In this document: positions 11,086 through 21,454 of the stretch, one piece after another
Layout of the letters: every line of letters begins with the position of its first letter
Numbering within the stretch: position 1 is the stretch's first letter
From: Octopus bimaculoides
Lineage: Eukaryota
Assembly (NCBI RefSeq): GCF_001194135.2
Contig: NC_069004.1
Span: 3,724,590-3,759,572, forward strand
Length of the DNA stretch: 34,983 bases
Direction: 5' to 3'
Program-made: the position numbers and the translations under genes
Notes under the pieces: model-generated
The model's input: only the letters and a program-made list of their open reading frames with translations
Told to the model about the DNA's origin: nothing
Databases searched by the model: none

Positions 11086-12113
11086 TTAATCTAAAAAATA
11101 CTTTCCTTCATTTTTTACAATGCTCTTCCATCTATCTGGTAGACTTGTAAGGTCCCTCTTCCAAAATTCACTTGTCTGTGACGAAAAATACACCCCCAGT
11201 ACTGTTCTGACCTCGTCTACAGAATTCATAACTTTTTCCGTCCAAATGATTTTGAAGACTGCAGAATAAATGATAATCAGATAGGACACTGTCCGGCGAA
11301 TGTGGTGTGTGTGGGGGCATCGTTTCCCATTCAAACTGCTCCAGCCTTCGGAATGTCATCCTCGCTGTGTGTGGCTGAGCATTATCCTGATGGAAGAACA
11401 CCCATCGTCTCGAAATCAAAGTTGGTCGTTTTCCTTCTAGCGCTTAGAACGCTCAAGCTGCTCGCAGTAGATCTCCTTTGTTATCGTTTGGTTTGAGTTT
11501 AAAAGTTCAAAGTCAACCAAACCTTTCATATCCCACCAAACAGATCACAACACATTACGTGGGTGAAGACCTTTAGCCTTGGGTGCCGGTGTTTCTCCTC
11601 TTTCCCTACCCACTGTCTTTAGCGCTTGACATTTTTATAGAGAACCCATTTCTCGTCACCAGTCACTATTCGGTCCAAAACAGGTTCATTCGTGAGACGT
11701 GACAGCAAAGAAGAGCACACATTCCCTCTCTGCGCGCGATTAGACTGGGAATGTGTGTGAGGGACCCATTGACCCAATTTGCTGACTTTTCCGATGGGAT
11801 GCAGGTGGCGATGAATGGTTGAATGACCAAATCCAAGCTTCTCTGCTAGTTCCTCAACGCTTACGATGGGATTTTGTTCCACCAGGGTTTGCAGAACGTC
11901 CTCGTCGAGCTCTACAGATCTTCCAGGACGAGGCTCGTCTTCTAGGTTATAGTTTCTGTCTGAGAATTTCTGGAACCACCGTTGACACTGGTTTACGCTT
12001 ATTGTCTAATCCCCGTATACTGTAATAATATTCTTTGCACTTTCCGTTGTGCTGTTGCCTTTATTGAACACGTAAAGCAAAATGTGCTGAATATGCTCCT
12101 TTGTCACTTCCAT
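11086..12113 (-). pseudogene. Mariner (Tc1/mariner, DD34D-type) transposase fossil, full length (~342 codons), with at least 3 in-frame stops and 3 frameshifts
   Basis: Manual minus-strand translation from ATG at 12113 gives MEVTKEHIQHILLYVFNKGNS...G D*TISVNQCQRWFQKF...LEDEPRPGR...VEELAEKLG..STIHRHL..GKVSKLGQWVPH...RIVTGDEKWVLY, then LHPRNVL*SVWWDMKG, FHQDNAQPH, HSPDSVLSDYHLF, and DRWKSIVKNEGKYFLD* (stop at 11086). These match the mariner WVPHEL, TGDEKW, HDNARPH and YSPDLAPSDYHLF motifs. Confidence 0.95.
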
Positions 12114-13364
12114 TATAGCTTTGAAATAACTGTTAAAATCGAACTGCACTCTTCAAAACTTGTACTAAGAATAAGTACAAGGTAAAGTTACTACCTGCTT
12201 TTTTTTTTTTTTTTTTCACCGGAGCAAGGTCTTCTTCAGTTGGAAAATAAGGAAGCTAAACTCTTCCTACCAGCTGGTCAACTTAATTTCCTGGCATAAA
12301 ATGAATTGTCCCTTAGATAGAATTTTAATAAAATGAATAACTCCTTAGATTTAATTTTAATGAAGGTAAATTTCTGCATCGTATCACGAGTAAGGTATAT
12401 ACTTTTGATTATAATTAAAATTTAATTTTCTTTTTAATTTTTTTTCTTTTTAATTTTTTTTCTTTTTACAAATGCTGTATGAATATTTAACGAATTGAAT
12501 ATTAATTTCCAAAAGGAGATTATAAATGGAATTGAAATTCTAAAAATTTACATATTTGCGATAAGTATTATCAGTAACAATACTGCTTAATTAAAAGTTA
12601 ATTGTAGATGTATCATTAACTGATATTCTCCACGGTAGCAAATGGATGTCCCAGCATTATCTGTCATTTGACCACTTCATGGTTTAGTGTACAGTACACT
12701 AACCAAGGGAAACAAATCCAGTAAGATCTAAACCGACTCCGTTATTTGTGGGATGGACAAACAGAAAGAGACGGAGATGCACTGACAAATTGCATTAATA
12801 AATGGAATTAAGACAGCATTTGCAGTTTGTGTCAATTTTAGATCTATTTTAGTTATTTACTTATAATAAAAGATTACGAGATGCAATAGAAAGGAAGAGG
12901 AAAAGGTGGGGTTAATGAATTAAATTCATTAATTAAATAATTAGCAAAATCAATAATAACGGCAGTTGTCAGTTACTTTGCTGTAGTTAGGCTACGATAG
13001 TTACATAATGATTAGAATGAAATGAATTAGATTAAGTCATAGGCTAGTTGAAAGAATGGATGAGTTTTAAGTAATGTTACCGCAATTAATGAAGCAATTC
13101 TGAAAAGGAGGTAATTTAAAATACTTAAAACTTATGTAAACATGATTATGAAAGAGTTTATTAATTAGATGCCGTAATAAATACCGTAGGTAGGCTTAAA
13201 TGGATTAGATGTTATATATTTGGGAGACTCTTGTAGCTTGATAAAGGACGAAGGCCATTCCAGTATATCGAGGTTATTGGTAGGGACGTACAAAAAGAAC
13301 ATCGACCACTTACCAAAGTTTTAATGGGGGTCGAATTTCTGGTGCACCACTGGGGGGTGCATTT

Positions 13365-13565
13365 TGGCACAAAGGCAGCAATTTTGGGGGAGGGGATGAG
13401 TCGATTACATCGATCCCAGTGTTCAACTGGTACTTAGTTTATCGACCCCCGAAAAGAGGAAAGGCAAAGTCGACCTCTGTGGAATTTGAACTCAGAACGT
13501 AAGGACGGACGGAATGCTGGTAAGCATTTTGTCCGGTCTGCTAACGATTTTGCCAGCTCGCCGCC
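13365..13565 (-). mobile_element. SINE family A
   Basis: Reverse complement of the 17983 copy: CTGGTACTTAGTTTATCGACCCC...AAAGGCAAAGTCGACCTC..GGAATTTGAACTCAGAACG...GCTAACGATTTTGCCAGCTCGCCGCC. Confidence 0.9.
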
Positions 13566-13955
13566 TCAATAAAAGTAGAGACAAATAGAATGAGAAAGTT
13601 AGCGATGCGGTTACATGGGTTTAAAACATCTTTCATTAAGAAAACTAGTATTGGGTTTCTTCCACCCGGTAACATGAGTATTTCATTCATTATGCTTAAA
13701 CAACCCTTATTTAGGGACCTTTAGAGCGGAGTGGCCTACTCAGCAACTGAAGAAAATTCTAACTGGGCCCTACCTGGTAAGTCATGCCCTGTTTATCTTG
13801 GTAGAAGGTCACCATGTCCTTCACCATATCCTATCACGGCTGTGATATATGTAACAGGTATACATTTTATCAGGCCGGTTGTCATGATTAGTATCTTAGG
13901 TTCGGTATATTAGTACCCCAGCCACACTTTGATTCCATGAGCTGCTCTCTCACTT

Positions 13956-14132
13956 AATAATAATAATAATAATCCTTGCTACTATGGACACGAGGCCTGG
14001 AGTTTAGAGTGAGGTGTGTCGTCGATTTCATGGACTCCAGTGTTCATCTGGAACTTATTTGTCCAATGCCGAAACGAAATTTAAAGTCGACCTCGGCGGA
14101 ATTTGAACTCTGACCGTAAAGACGGACCAAAC
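13956..14132 (-). mobile_element. SINE family A, 5'-truncated, with (AAT)n tail
   Basis: (AAT)n CCTTGCTACTATGGACACGAGGCCTG...AAAGTCGACCTCGGCGGAATTTGAACTC. Confidence 0.8.
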
Positions 14133-14240
14133 GCGAGTTGCATGCTTACAGTAGGTCCATCTCACAGTCACCCCCCGGTTGCCAGTTTTTATATATGTTC
14201 GAGGTTAGAAATGCGATAGTAGTAGGTAAGCCATTATATA

Positions 14241-14312
14241 GACTCCCCAGTACGTGACTGGTACTTTACTTCATCGACCTCAGAAAACTGAAAGGCAAAG
14301 TTGACCTCGTCG
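14241..14312 (-). mobile_element. SINE family A central fragment
   Basis: CTGGTACTTTACTTCATCGACCTC...GAAAGGCAAAGTTGACCTCG. Confidence 0.7.
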
Positions 14313-14922
14313 AGAGCAAATGCCACCAGGGTAGGGATGTAAGCACCATACAGAAACTGTATATTGTAGATTTTGTGTCGATGTTGCTAAAATATTTGTT
14401 TGGTATTGTACTAAAATGTGTGTTGAGGCCGGCGCGTGGCTTAGTGTTTTGTACACTCGACTCACGATCGTAAGGTGATAGGTTCGATGCACACAATATC
14501 TTCCAAACAGCAATGACATGGTCATAATTTCTTACTGAAGAGTTGGTATGAACAGAATCTCCTCTAACAAAGAAAACAATTTAAAAAAAAAAAAAGAAAG
14601 AATGAATGAATAAAAAAAAAAAAAAAAAAAAACTTAATATACTTCGTGGTTATTGAAGGTGGGGGTGGGGATAACCGGTTTAATAGACTGAACTCAGGAT
14701 TACCCCATATTCGTTACCCCGGGTGGATGGTGGGTGATGGAATATTTCTCTCTCTCTCCATCGTTTCTGCAGAGAAGGTCATTAAACCCAAATACTAACA
14801 ATGTGTGTCTGCGTGAGTACATATGTGTGTGTGTGTGTGTGTGTGTGTGTATACACTCACGCGCACACTGCTAGTGTTCCGGTTTAATAACCCCCCTCTC
14901 TCTCCCTATATATATATGTATT

Positions 14923-15300
14923 ATTCTTTTACTTGTTTCAGTCAGTTGACTGCGGCCATGCTGGAGCACCGCCTTTAGTCGAGCTAATCGACCCCAGGAC
15001 TTATTCTTTGTAAGCATAGTACTTGTTCTATCGGACGCTCTCGTCGAAACGCTATGTGGCGGGGACGTAAGCACACCAACATCGGTTGTCAAGCGATGGT
15101 GGTGGTGATAGGGGAAAACAGACTAAAATAACACACACATATACACGACGGGCTACTTTCAGTTTCCGTCTACCAAATCCGCTCACAAGGCTCAGGTCGG
15201 CCCGTGGCTATAGTAGAAGACACCTGCCCAAGGTACCACGCAGTGGGACTGAACCCGGAACCATGTGGTTGTTAAGCAACCTACTTACCACACAGCCACT
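14923..15300 (-). mobile_element. SINE family B, near full length (tRNA-like head, CORE-like segment, CA linker, 3' tail)
   Basis: Minus strand AGTGGCTGTGTGGTAAG (A box-like) ... GGTTCAGTCCC (B box-like), then GTGGTACCTTGGGCAGGTGTCTT, ending ...GACTGAAACAAGTAAAAG. High similarity to 32744-33147. Confidence 0.9.
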
Positions 15301-15326
15301 TATATATATATATATATATATATATA

Positions 15327-15590
15327 TCCTTTCTACTTACTAAAGCAAAAGCCTGAAGCTTTGGGGGCGGCGGAGCGGGTGTCTGCATCATCTTAAGCGC
15401 TTGACCGGTTCTTATTTCATTGACCCCTGAAAGGGATGAAAAGCAAGGTCGACCTTGGCGGTGANNNNNNNNNNTTGACCGGTTCTTATTTCATTGACCC
15501 CTGAAAGGGATGAAAAGCAAGGTCGACCTTGGCGGTGATTGAACTCGGAATGCAATGCCGCAAGAAATGCTACTCGGGCATTCCTTCACT
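15327..15590 (-). mobile_element. SINE family A copy containing an artefactual 64-bp duplication across a short N gap
   Basis: CCTTTCTAC...TTATTTCATTGACCCCTGAAAGGGATGAAAAGCAAGGTCGACCTTGGCGG..TTGAACTCGGAA. Confidence 0.75.
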
Positions 15591-15654
15591 TTGGCTCAGA
15601 ATATAATGTCTGTGAGTGCGTGAACGCATGTGTATGTGTGTGCGCGCGCGTAAT

Positions 15655-15703
<49 letters not shown>

Positions 15704-16527
15704 GTCTACATGGAAGTGAGTATGCATATATATGTATATTTGTGTGTGTGTATATATATATATCTATATATATGTATGTATATATAGTAATTTGAGGAAG
15801 GCGTCTGCAAGTTCTTAAAATTACTACTACTATTACTACTACATGGGCTGCTGTCGGTGCTGCAGCTCTGTTGCAACAAGCATCAGGTCATTGACATTTG
15901 CTTGTGCATGGTGCGCCCATAATTTTTTTTTTGTCTCTATGATCACGTGATCGAAAAAGGAAGAGGAAAAAGAGAGCGAGAGAGAGAGATGTCGAGAGAG
16001 ATGGAAGTGTTTACACCGAATAATGGCGTCGAGTTTACAGAAGAAGCTTTGTTTACCGAGTTCACATCTCTGCGCCGCCAACAAACTACTTTTACTACTA
16101 CTACGCGACAGTTTTAAGAGAGCCCTTTGCGTAGTCTCGCTCCCTCACTGGTACACACATGCATTCACACCACCAGGTTTGCCGGAAGAAATAACAAACA
16201 GGGGCCCCACCTCGTACAGCCCTTAAATTTTAACCGCCATCATCTGAAATATTCCCTCACAAAGACAAACACAACGTTGTCTACCACAGGCGAGACGGTC
16301 ACGGTCGGAACGCTCTGTATCACAAGTTTGTTCTTTCAAAAGTTGCTCTGAACAATACTAAAAGCTGCTCTGTCTGTCTGTCTGTCTCTCTCTTACACAC
16401 ACACACATGCGCGTGTGTCTGTGTGTGTGTACATACGATCCTGTGTGTAATTTGTATATGCGTATATATATATACACATGCTTGTGTGTGTATGGGTACT
16501 TCCGTATGTATATATGTGTGTGTATAA

Positions 16528-16579
<52 letters not shown>

Positions 16580-17936
16580 TTCCATGTATGTTTATAGACA
16601 TACGTAGCTTCTCTGTCTATTTTATTCATTTTTTTTTTTACCACATGCCGGAGCAATAACCGTAGTAGCGAATGCGCGCGCAAAAACGCACATATACATG
16701 TATAGATATGTGTGTGTGTGTGTATTTGCTTAGATGTTTGCAAACGTGCAGAATCTGCGCGAGCACCGTGCGCGCGCTGGCCTTTCGCGTATCTCATCAT
16801 AGACACCTATTTTATAACATGATATCTGTGTGTCTCACTACAACAGAGAGATATTGTGGATTTTACGAATGCACATCCATATGCGTGTGTGTGCAGATCT
16901 GGATGCATTTCTGCGCGTGCTTGTATTTGGGTCAAACTGCATTGGAGAAATGAATATAAATACACATGCATTTATATATATATATGTTCATATGTGTGTG
17001 TGCTCGTTTGTATGCACATATATATATATATATANNNNNNNNNNNNNNNNNNNNNNNNNNNNNNNNNNNNNNNNNNNNNNNNNNNNNNNNNNNNNNNNNN
17101 NNNNNNNNNNNNNNNNNNNNNNNNNNNNNNNNNNNNNNNNNNNNNNNNNNNNNNNNNNNNNNNNNNNNNNNNNNNNNNNNNNNNNNNNNNNNNNNNNNNN
17201 NNNNNNNNNNNNNNNNNNNNNNNNNNNNNNNNNNNNNNNNNNNNNNNNNNNNNNNNNNNNNNNNNNNNNNNNNNNNNNNNNNNNNNNNNNNNNNNNNNNN
17301 NNNNNNNNNNNNNNNNNNNNNNNNNNNNNNNNNNNNNNNNNNNNNNNNNNNNNNNNNNNNNNNNNNNNNNNNNNNNNNNNNNNNNNNNNNNNNNNNNNNN
17401 NNNNNNNNNNNNNNNNNNNNNNNNNNNNNNNNNNNNNNNNNNNNNNNNNNNNNNNNNNNNNNNNNNNNNNNNNNNNNNNNNNNNNNNNNNNNNNNNNNNN
17501 NNNNNNNNNNNNNNNNNNNNNNNNNNNNNNNNNNNNNNNNNNNNNNNNNNNNNNNNNNNNNNNNNNNNNNNNNNNNNNNNNNNNNNNNNNNNNNNNNNNN
17601 NNNNNNNNNNNNNNNNNNNNNNNNNNNNNNNNNNNNNNNNNNNNNNNNNNNNNNNNNNNNNNNNNNNNNNNNNNNNNNNNNNNNNNNNNNNNNNNNNNNN
17701 NNNNNNNNNNNNNNNNNNNNNNNNNNNNNNNNNNNNNNNNNNNNNNNNNNNNNNNNNNNNNNNNNNNNNNNNNNNNNNNNNNNNNNNNNNNNNNNNNNNN
17801 NNNNNNNNNNNNNNNNNNNNNNNNNNNNNNNNNNNNNNNNNNNNNNNNNNNNNNNNNNNNNNNNNNNNNNNNNNNNNNNNNNNNNNNNNNNTTATTTCTA
17901 TATTGGTGGTGTTTTCACGCGTTCTGATTGTCATCG

Positions 17937-17976
<40 letters not shown>

Positions 17977-17982
17977 CATTTA

Positions 17983-18220
17983 GGCGGCGAGCTGGTAGAA
18001 TCGTTAGCACGTCGGACAAAATGTTTAGCGGCATTTCGTCCGTGTCTATGTTCTAAGTTCAAGTTTTGCCGAGGTCGGCTTTGCCTTACATGTTTTCGGG
18101 GTCGATAAATTAAGTACCAGTGAAACACTGTGGTCGATGTAATAGACTAGTCCCCTCTCGCAAAATTTCATTTCTTCCACCTCCAGTAGAAAGAATTATT
18201 ATTATTATTATTATTATTAT
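17983..18220 (+). mobile_element. SINE family A, full length with (ATT)n tail
   Basis: GGCGGCGAGCTGGTAGAATCGTTAGCAC head, TTCTAAGTTCAAG B box-like, central GCCTT.CAT...TTCGGGGTCGATAAATTAAGTACCAG, tail AGTAGAAAGAATT(ATT)n. Confidence 0.9.
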
Positions 18221-18223
18221 GAA

Positions 18224-18419
18224 GTCGGCGAGCTGGCAGAATCGTTTGCATGTCGTAGAAAATGCTTTGTGGCGTTTTGTCCGTTTTTACGTTCTGAGTT
18301 CAAATTGCGCCGGGGTCGACTTTTGCCTTTCATCCTTTCAGGGTCGATATAATTAACAACCTTCTCTCCCCCAATACGTCCAAGCCTTGTGTCTATAGTA
18401 GAGAAAATTATTATTATTG
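18224..18419 (+). mobile_element. SINE family A, second copy in head-to-tail tandem
   Basis: GTCGGCGAGCTGGCAGAATCG...TTCTGAGTTCAAATT...GCCTTTCATCCTTTCAGGGTCGAT...AAGCCTTGTGTCTATAGTAGAGAAAATTATTATT. Confidence 0.9.
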
Positions 18420-18749
18420 TAGGGACTGTAAAATACCAGAATCTTTAGAGCATAGGTAAATTTACTTCGCAATATTTGTTCCAGTTTTTCAAGGTTTGTA
18501 TTCAAATCCTGCCGGTGTCTACTTTTGACAGCAATTCCACCCCTCCCCATCACTCACACGGCATCGATAAAAATGGGCACCATCCAGGTAATGGTGACAA
18601 TACTATCGATTTGTACCATCTCAAAATTGTTGCCTTTCTACCTAAATCAGAATCATTGAGCATCACCATCATAATCTTTGATGTACAAATATTGCATTGA
18701 CTGCGTTACGAAGGTTGACATTACCAGATTAGCGTAAACTCCACCGGCA

Positions 18750-18763
18750 CGGAAGTGACGTCA
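18750..18763 (+). promoter_or_regulatory. Candidate overlapping ETS-CRE composite site CGGAAGTGACGTCA
   Basis: Exact CGGAAGT (ETS) overlapping the full palindromic CRE TGACGTCA, in a non-repetitive, CpG-containing stretch. Confidence 0.4.
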
Positions 18764-19060
18764 GTGGCACCTAGCACGCAGTCGTTCAGTTCCTGAGCGT
18801 TGCTGAGTATCTTGGTGTTACGCCAAACAGCTGTTGTCGCATTTACGCTGGATCCGGCTATCTATCAGCCGAGTCTATCGCGAAGATCTCCTTGCCATAT
18901 GTTAGAGCAAACAGTTTTTTTTTTGTCTTACCGTCTGATGACGATGCAATAAAACATATTGCCTTGTTAACAAGATTCAAAAGACTAAGGAGAACCACAT
19001 CGTTACGCATGATCGGCTTAAAATGAAGGAAATACTTGCGTGTCTTTATNNNNNNNNNNC

Positions 19061-19268
19061 ATTGACTAAGGCAAACAGCATATTGGGGAATATAAGCCCT
19101 CGACGGGGGAAAAAAAAAGAAAGTAGGATTTGTCGTACGCACGGGACTGGAACACACATCTGTATCCATAGAGGTGTGGGTTCCAGTCCCATACGTGCAA
19201 CAAACCCTACGTTTTTTTCCGTTGAGGGCTATTATGTCCCCAATATTAGACTGTTTACCTTAGTCAAT
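19061..19268. repeat. Long imperfect palindrome (~100-bp arms, 8-10 nt loop); foldback or MITE-like
   Basis: Left arm ATTGACTAAGGCAAACAGC..ATATTGGGGA...AGCCCTCGACGG...GTAGGATTTGTCGTACGCACGGGACTGGAACACACATCT is mirrored by the right arm ending CCTTAGTCAAT. Confidence 0.95.
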
Positions 19269-19322
19269 ACACGGTGACCGCTTCTAAGCCTTAAAGCTTG
19301 TAAAATATTATTATTTACAGAA

Positions 19323-19600
19323 GCGCAAAGGTGCATCCGTGGCTATGTAGTAAGAAGTTTGGTTTTCGACAACATGGTTCCTTGTTCAATCCCTCTTCGT
19401 GGCACCTTAGTGAAGGTGAAGTGTCCCCACTAATGCTTCGTGCCAACTAAAGGCTTGTGAGTGGATTTAGTAGACGGAAACTGAAAGAAGCTCGTGTGGC
19501 AGGATGTGTATGTATTGTGCGGTTGATTCGTTCGACTAAACTTCAAGGCGGTGCCCCAGTATGGCCGCAGTCTAATCACTGAAATAAGTGAAATATAAAA
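19323..19600 (+). mobile_element. SINE family B, degenerate and internally deleted
   Basis: GTGGCTATGTAGTAAGAAG...GTTCAATCCC...GTGGCACCTT...GGCTTGTGAGTGGATTTAGTAGACGGAAACTGAAAGAAGC, then the tail AAGGCGGTGCCCCAGTATGGCCGCAGTCTAATCACTGAAATAAGT. Confidence 0.8.
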
Positions 19601-20304
19601 CTTATCTTTTATTTCATTTTATTTTTTTGTTCCTGGAAACAGCNNNNNNNNNNNNNNNNNNNNNNNNNNNNNNNNNNNNNNNNNNNNNNNNNNNNNNNNN
19701 NNNNNNNNNNNNNNNNNNNNNNNNNNNNNNNNNNNNNNNNNNNNNNNNNNNNNNNNNNNNNNNNNNNNNNNNNNNNNNNNNNNNNNNNNNNNNNNNNNNN
19801 NNNNNNNNNNNNNNNNNNNNNNNNNNNNNNNNNNNNNNNNNNNNNNNNNNNNNNNNNNNNNNNNNNNNNNNNNNNNNNNNNNNNNNNNNNNNNNNNNNNN
19901 NNNNNNNNNNNNNNNNNNNNNNNNNNNNNNNNNNNNNNNNNNNNNNNNNNNNNNNNNNNNNNNNNNNNNNNNNNNNNNNNNNNNNNNNNNNNNNNNNNNN
20001 NNNNNNNNNNNNNNNNNNNNNNNNNNNNNNNNNNNNNNNNNNNNNNNNNNNNNNNNNNNNNNNNNNNNNNNNNNNNNNNNNNNNNNNNNNNNNNNNNNNN
20101 NNNNNNNNNNNNNNNNTCTATCTATCTATCTATATATATATATATATATATATACATATATATATGCCTACGTGTGTGTGAATATGTGTGTGTATAAAAT
20201 ACGTGTACATAGGTACAATTTTTTCTTTTCTTTTTTTCTTTCACTCGTTTCAATAAATGCACGACTGTGTTCAAGTTTAGTCTTCATCATTTTACGTTCT
20301 TAGA

Positions 20305-20435
20305 GAGCTTGAACTGGTAGACCCATCAGAATGTTAGACAATATTCTTAGCCATATTTCGCCCATCTTGCCGTTCTGAGTTCAAATTCCGCCATGGTCAA
20401 CATTGTTTTTCGTCTTTTCGATGGGTTGTTAAAAT
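20305..20435 (+). mobile_element. SINE family A, degenerate 5' part
   Basis: GAACTGGTAGA...CGTTCTGAGTTCAAATTCCGCCATGGTCAAC...TTTTCGTCTTTTCGATGGG. Confidence 0.65.
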
Positions 20436-20609
20436 ATGTACCATTCTTGCTGTGGAGCTGGTATAATCAGCTTCCCCTTCTCGATCAGCAGACAGTGGTG
20501 TGAGACTAATGTGGTCTTAGCCTTATTCAGTTTAAATGTCTACCTGTTGGTCAGGGCTATCGATTGTCCAACAGCACGTCTGTACACATACACACACATG
20601 ACCATCGTT

Positions 20610-20725
20610 GGCCTCCGAAATTCCCTCGCAAGGCATTTTGCTAGAATACCCTGTCACAAAGCCCCATGCAGTGCGTTCGAACTCGAGACCTGGTGGTTGC
20701 AGATCTAACTTCCTAACCACACTCC
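20610..20725 (-). mobile_element. SINE family B head fragment, degenerate
   Basis: AAATTCCCTCGCAAGGC...CCATGCAGTG..TTCGAACTC...TGGTGGTTGC....CTTCCTAACCACAC aligns with the head of the intact copies. Confidence 0.5.
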
Positions 20726-21357
20726 GTGTCTCTGGAATTTTTAGGATGTTTCACTCGCAATCGTTGGAACGTGTTTTCGATTCTCGGATCGGTTGGAGCA
20801 TTGTTTTCTTGAGCAAAGCACACCACGTTTCGTGTTGTTTCGAGATCACTTGCATATCAAGTGTCTGGTGGCACATCGTGCCTCTGTACAGGCGGTGCTG
20901 ATTTGATGGCGACAGTGAGCTAATAATGTGCCTCTAAAGAATCGGGCTCGGTGCACGTGGTTATTCCGATTTGGAATCCAGTATACTGGTCTTCATATAG
21001 GATTAATCAACCAATTCTTTGGAAATACGAAGCACGTTGTATAGATATGCTGAGTTGTCGTGTTTCCATGGCAAGAAACTATTTAGTAGATCTTCCTTAA
21101 GTACTGTGTATATGTGTGTATGTATATATTTGAATGAATATATGTGTGTGTATGTTTATGTGCGTATGCATATATATGTATGGGTGCAATATATATGTAT
21201 ATGTGTATGGGTATATACATATGTATATGCATGTGTGTGTATTTATATATATATGTATGTATATATGTGTGTATATATATATATATATAATGTAGTGTAT
21301 GTATATATATATGTATATGTATGTATGTATATGCATGTGTGTATATATAATATATAT

Positions 21358-21454
21358 ACTCTTTTACTCTTTTACTTGTTTCAGTCTTTTGACTGCGGCC
21401 ATGCTGGAGCACCGCCTTTAGTCGAGCAAATCGACCCCAGGACTTATTCTTTGG
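21358..21454 (-). mobile_element. SINE family B 3' end; remainder probably in gap
   Basis: ACTCTTTTACTCTTTTACTTGTTTCAGTC..GACTGCGGCCATGCTGGAGCACCGCCTTTAGTCGAGC..., nearly identical to the other copies. Confidence 0.9.

Noticed and set aside
12684-12702. 9-bp-arm dyad TTAGTGTAC-A-GTACACTAA (also CCAGTATACTGG near 20977)
   Set aside because: Within chance expectation for ~29 kb of AT-rich sequence; no supporting context.
14923-15300. tRNA genes at SINE heads (also 9300-9381, 17983, 33050-33147)
   Set aside because: A/B-box-like motifs continue into shared SINE bodies; no complete cloverleaf could be built.
15401-15538. Exact 64-bp direct repeat either side of a ~10-N gap
   Set aside because: Identical copies flanking a minimal gap are the signature of unmerged overlapping contig ends.
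16002-16118. 38-codon ORF MEVFTPNNGVEFTEEALF...
   Set aside because: Short enough to arise by chance; no splice or homology support.
18722-18860. Open minus-strand frame (AGSSVNATTAVWRNTK...TLIW*)
   Set aside because: No start codon or clear acceptor and no recognisable family; treated as non-coding.
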